This document shows, one piece after another, positions 61,440-64,000 of a stretch of 64,000 nucleotides of DNA. The DNA comes from Octopus sinensis (lineage: Eukaryota). The notes under the pieces are model-generated. The model ran no database searches, was not told where the DNA came from, and saw only the letters and a list, made by a program, of their open reading frames with translations. The stretch covers positions 14,756,001 through 14,820,000 of the forward strand of contig NC_043000.1 in the NCBI RefSeq assembly GCF_006345805.1, read 5' to 3'. Every line of letters starts with the position of its first letter. Within the stretch, counting starts at the first letter, position 1. Both the position numbers and the translations under genes were made by a program.

Positions 61440-61791
61440 TATAATCAAATGGAAATTGTAGTTGTGATACCCGTGCTGGTGGCACGTAAAATGCACCATC
61501 CATACGTGGCTGATGCCAGCGCTGCCTTGACTGGCTTCCATGCCGATGGCACGTAAAAAGCACCAACAGATCGTGGCCATTGCCAGCCTTGCCTGGCATC
61601 TGTGCCAGTGGCACGTAAAAAGCACCCACTACACTCACGGAGTGGTTGGCGTTAGGAAGGGCATCCAGCTGTAGAAACACTACCAGATCAGACTGGGGCC
61701 TGGTAGAGCCTCCTGGCTTCCCAAACCCCGGTCAAACAATCCAACCCATGCTAGCATAGAAAACGGACGTTAAACAATGATGATGATGATG
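61440..61791 (+). mobile_element. Family S4
   Basis: Three modules; tail ends 6 nt from the IQCC-like donor. Further stubs lie at 455-512, 6350-6560 (-), 60340-60545, 60745-60852 and 63200-63385 (-). Confidence 0.8.
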
Positions 61792-61797
61792 AATTAC

Positions 61798-62527
61798 CTG
61801 GAGATGATGGGGTGCTGTCCCAAACTGAGGTGACATCAGTCAAAGATGAACAGTCAAATGGTGTAGGAGAAGATACAGGCAGACAAAATGATGCTGTAGA
61901 AATGGAGCCATTGCCATTTTTCATGAACTGTTCTTTTCTTGAATTTCTTGGAAGACCATTTCCATTTCTAAATAAATGATCACGATGATTTGGAGCTTTT
62001 CTATCAAAATCTGTCTCACTGCTGTCCGTATGCAAGGAAATTTTTCTCTCGTTCTTCAGTTGCTCTGACTCAATAGAGTCTTCTATAATATGATTCTTAT
62101 CTTTTTCAACCAATTCTTCACCTCTATGTACTTCTTTGTCTCTTTCACTATTAGTTCCTTGTATATTGTAATGTTCAGTGGTATTTATAGATGTTTGATT
62201 ATGTAGACACCGGTTCAAAGAATCTGATGTAAAATTTTCAGCAGAAAAGTTAGAACATGTTTTTGAAGAATGTTTGTTAAAATTTCCAGGAATTGAATGG
62301 TTCTCTTGTCTAGTTAGAAGTTCAGGAGGTTTTGATTTATTTGGTTTAGAACTCAACTGGAATGGTTTACAACTTTCTTTCTTTGAAGAAAATTCAGGTA
62401 AGCATAACAAATTTCTTTTCCAAACAACATGAAGATTTCTATTGGGATGAATTTCCTGCATAATTTCCTCAAATTCTGTTCTTAGTTTTTTCATCCGATG
62501 TCGGACAACAAAACCACGAATATGGGC
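61798..62527 (-). CDS. IQCC: IQCC-like protein, internal exon with IQ motif remainder: AHIRGFVVRHRMKKLRTEFEEIMQEIHPNRNLHVVWKRNLLCLPEF...
   Basis: Minus-strand ttcctatag| acceptor at 62528-62530 and CAG|gtaatt donor at 61797; 730 nt = 243 codons+1. The N-terminus parallels recalled human IQCC ([26 protein letters not shown]...W...PRF). Confidence 0.8.
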
Positions 62528-64000
62528 CTATAGGAATAAATAAATAAATACATATGATGGATATGATACTTTGGGAGTAATAACAGTATAAATAAAGATA
62601 TAAATAGGCAATAACTGTACTGTCTGAGCTTTAAGAAGAAAGAAGAAAACAATAGATATAAGCATGCAACACAAGGTGTCAATGACATAACAGGATGGTT
62701 TACATTTGCATTAGGGCGTTTCACCTGAAGGGCTTACAGAAGTGAATCACTTTTAACATATTGGAAGAAATAACTGCTAAATCTCCCTCAAATCACACTC
62801 TACCTTAGAAAAGGAAGTGTAATGAAGTCCTAAATACATGAATGACCATGGGACTGTACCTAGAAAGTTCCCCTCCAAGGCACAAGTCTGGGCAAGGTTG
62901 CTAATGGAAGACCAGTAGATACACAGGCATACCAGCCTCCCCTCTCTATGCCACTGATGTTACTCAAGGGAAAGACATCACAATTCATTTCTACAGCTGA
63001 GTGAAGTGGAGCAACATGAAATAAAGTGTCTTTCTCAAGAACACAACATACAGTCCAGTCCAGGAATTGAACTCAGTACCTCATGATTGTTAACCTGACA
63101 CTCTAACCACTGAACCATGCACCTTCGCATTCAAATATACTACACTATAATGTACCACCCACCATAAGGTCCAGTCCTTGTTATGGTGTGGTCGCATCAT
63201 CAACATCATAATTTCATGACCATTTCCCATGCTGTCATGGGTTTGATGGTTTAAGCCTTGCTGTTGGCTCTGGATGTCCTTCTTCATACCAACCTCTTTA
63301 TACAGCACACTGGGTGCATTTTTGAGCGATACCAGCAAAAGCAGCAGCAAAATCACCAAGTAACTTGCAAGAGAAAAACCCCTCAATTAAATGGGAGTCT
63401 TGAAAGATAGATACAAAGGCGGCGAGCTGGCAGAAACGTTAGCTCGCCGAGCGAAATGCTTAGCGGCCTTTCGTCTGCTGTTACGTTCTGAGTTCAAATT
63501 CCGCTGAGGTCGACTTTGCCTTTCATCTTTTCGGGTCGATAAATTAAGTATCAGTTACGCACTGGGATCGTTACTGACAAGTAGCAATTATGACAATTGC
63601 AATTGGTTGAAATACAATAGGGAATAGAGTTACTGGTTGAAGGGTCAACTTCTGTTATTTTTGCATCGCATTAACAATTTGCCATCTACATTAAGAAAAT
63701 AGCGTCACTCAAGTAGCAATATACCTCATCACACAATACTGGTTACCCTTAACTGTAACCTAACTACTTCGTCATACACAAATGTTTCCATCATATTTTT
63801 GTTGTACCAAAGTGAAGGATGCTGGAAAATCAGGTGTTGTGACAATGTCCTGCAAAATTAACCTTCGTTAGTTTAACTCACCAAGTGACAACAGGAGCAG
63901 TGCATAATAGACAAGTATTTACATTAGATTGCAGTGCTAAGTTCAAGTACTCCTGTTGGCTTAAGCTATGATATAAGCACTCATATTGCAATCTTACTGA

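Noticed and set aside
62724-62760. Candidate first exon of the IQCC-like gene ending GCC CTT CAG|gtgaaa (ALQ) on the minus strand
   Set aside because: An in-frame TAA lies immediately upstream of ALQ, with no usable ATG or acceptor. The true exon is probably outside the window.

Overview
This is AT-rich, repeat-dense animal genomic DNA. The SINE/LINE families and (TA)n/(CA)n/(GAT)n load look like Octopus (inference from recognition, not a search). Two convergent intron-containing genes were reconstructed by hand from splice sites and reading phase. (1) On +, nine in-phase coding exons (23414-38911, about 1,065 codons) encode an Expanded/FRMD6(Willin)-family FERM protein. It has the TSGIVS Slimb/beta-TrCP degron and a long Pro/Gln-rich tail. 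Its 5'-most FERM exon(s) were not found. (2) On -, three exons (62527-55418) encode an IQCC-like protein (IQ motif, and a C-terminal LAMELVWIQQAISSRKNYL motif). Its first exon probably lies beyond 64000. The rest is mostly mobile DNA: several tRNA-derived SINE families, dozens of 5'-truncated (GAT)n-tailed non-LTR 3' ends, CR1-type LINE remnants, and mariner, Tc2-like, hAT, piggyBac-like and Helitron/Helentron non-autonomous elements. The most notable hidden signal is a set of minimal type-I hammerhead ribozyme folds with palindromic stem III, of the kind carried by Penelope-like elements, beside (TA)n tracts (14808-14880, 15908-16004, 40711-40778). One of them sits in a perfect 74-bp inverted repeat, so each strand encodes a hammerhead preceded by its own antisense. 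There are no prokaryotic features. Most short ORFs in the supplied track are repeat artefacts. Repeat boundaries are approximate unless a TSD or TIR is quoted.
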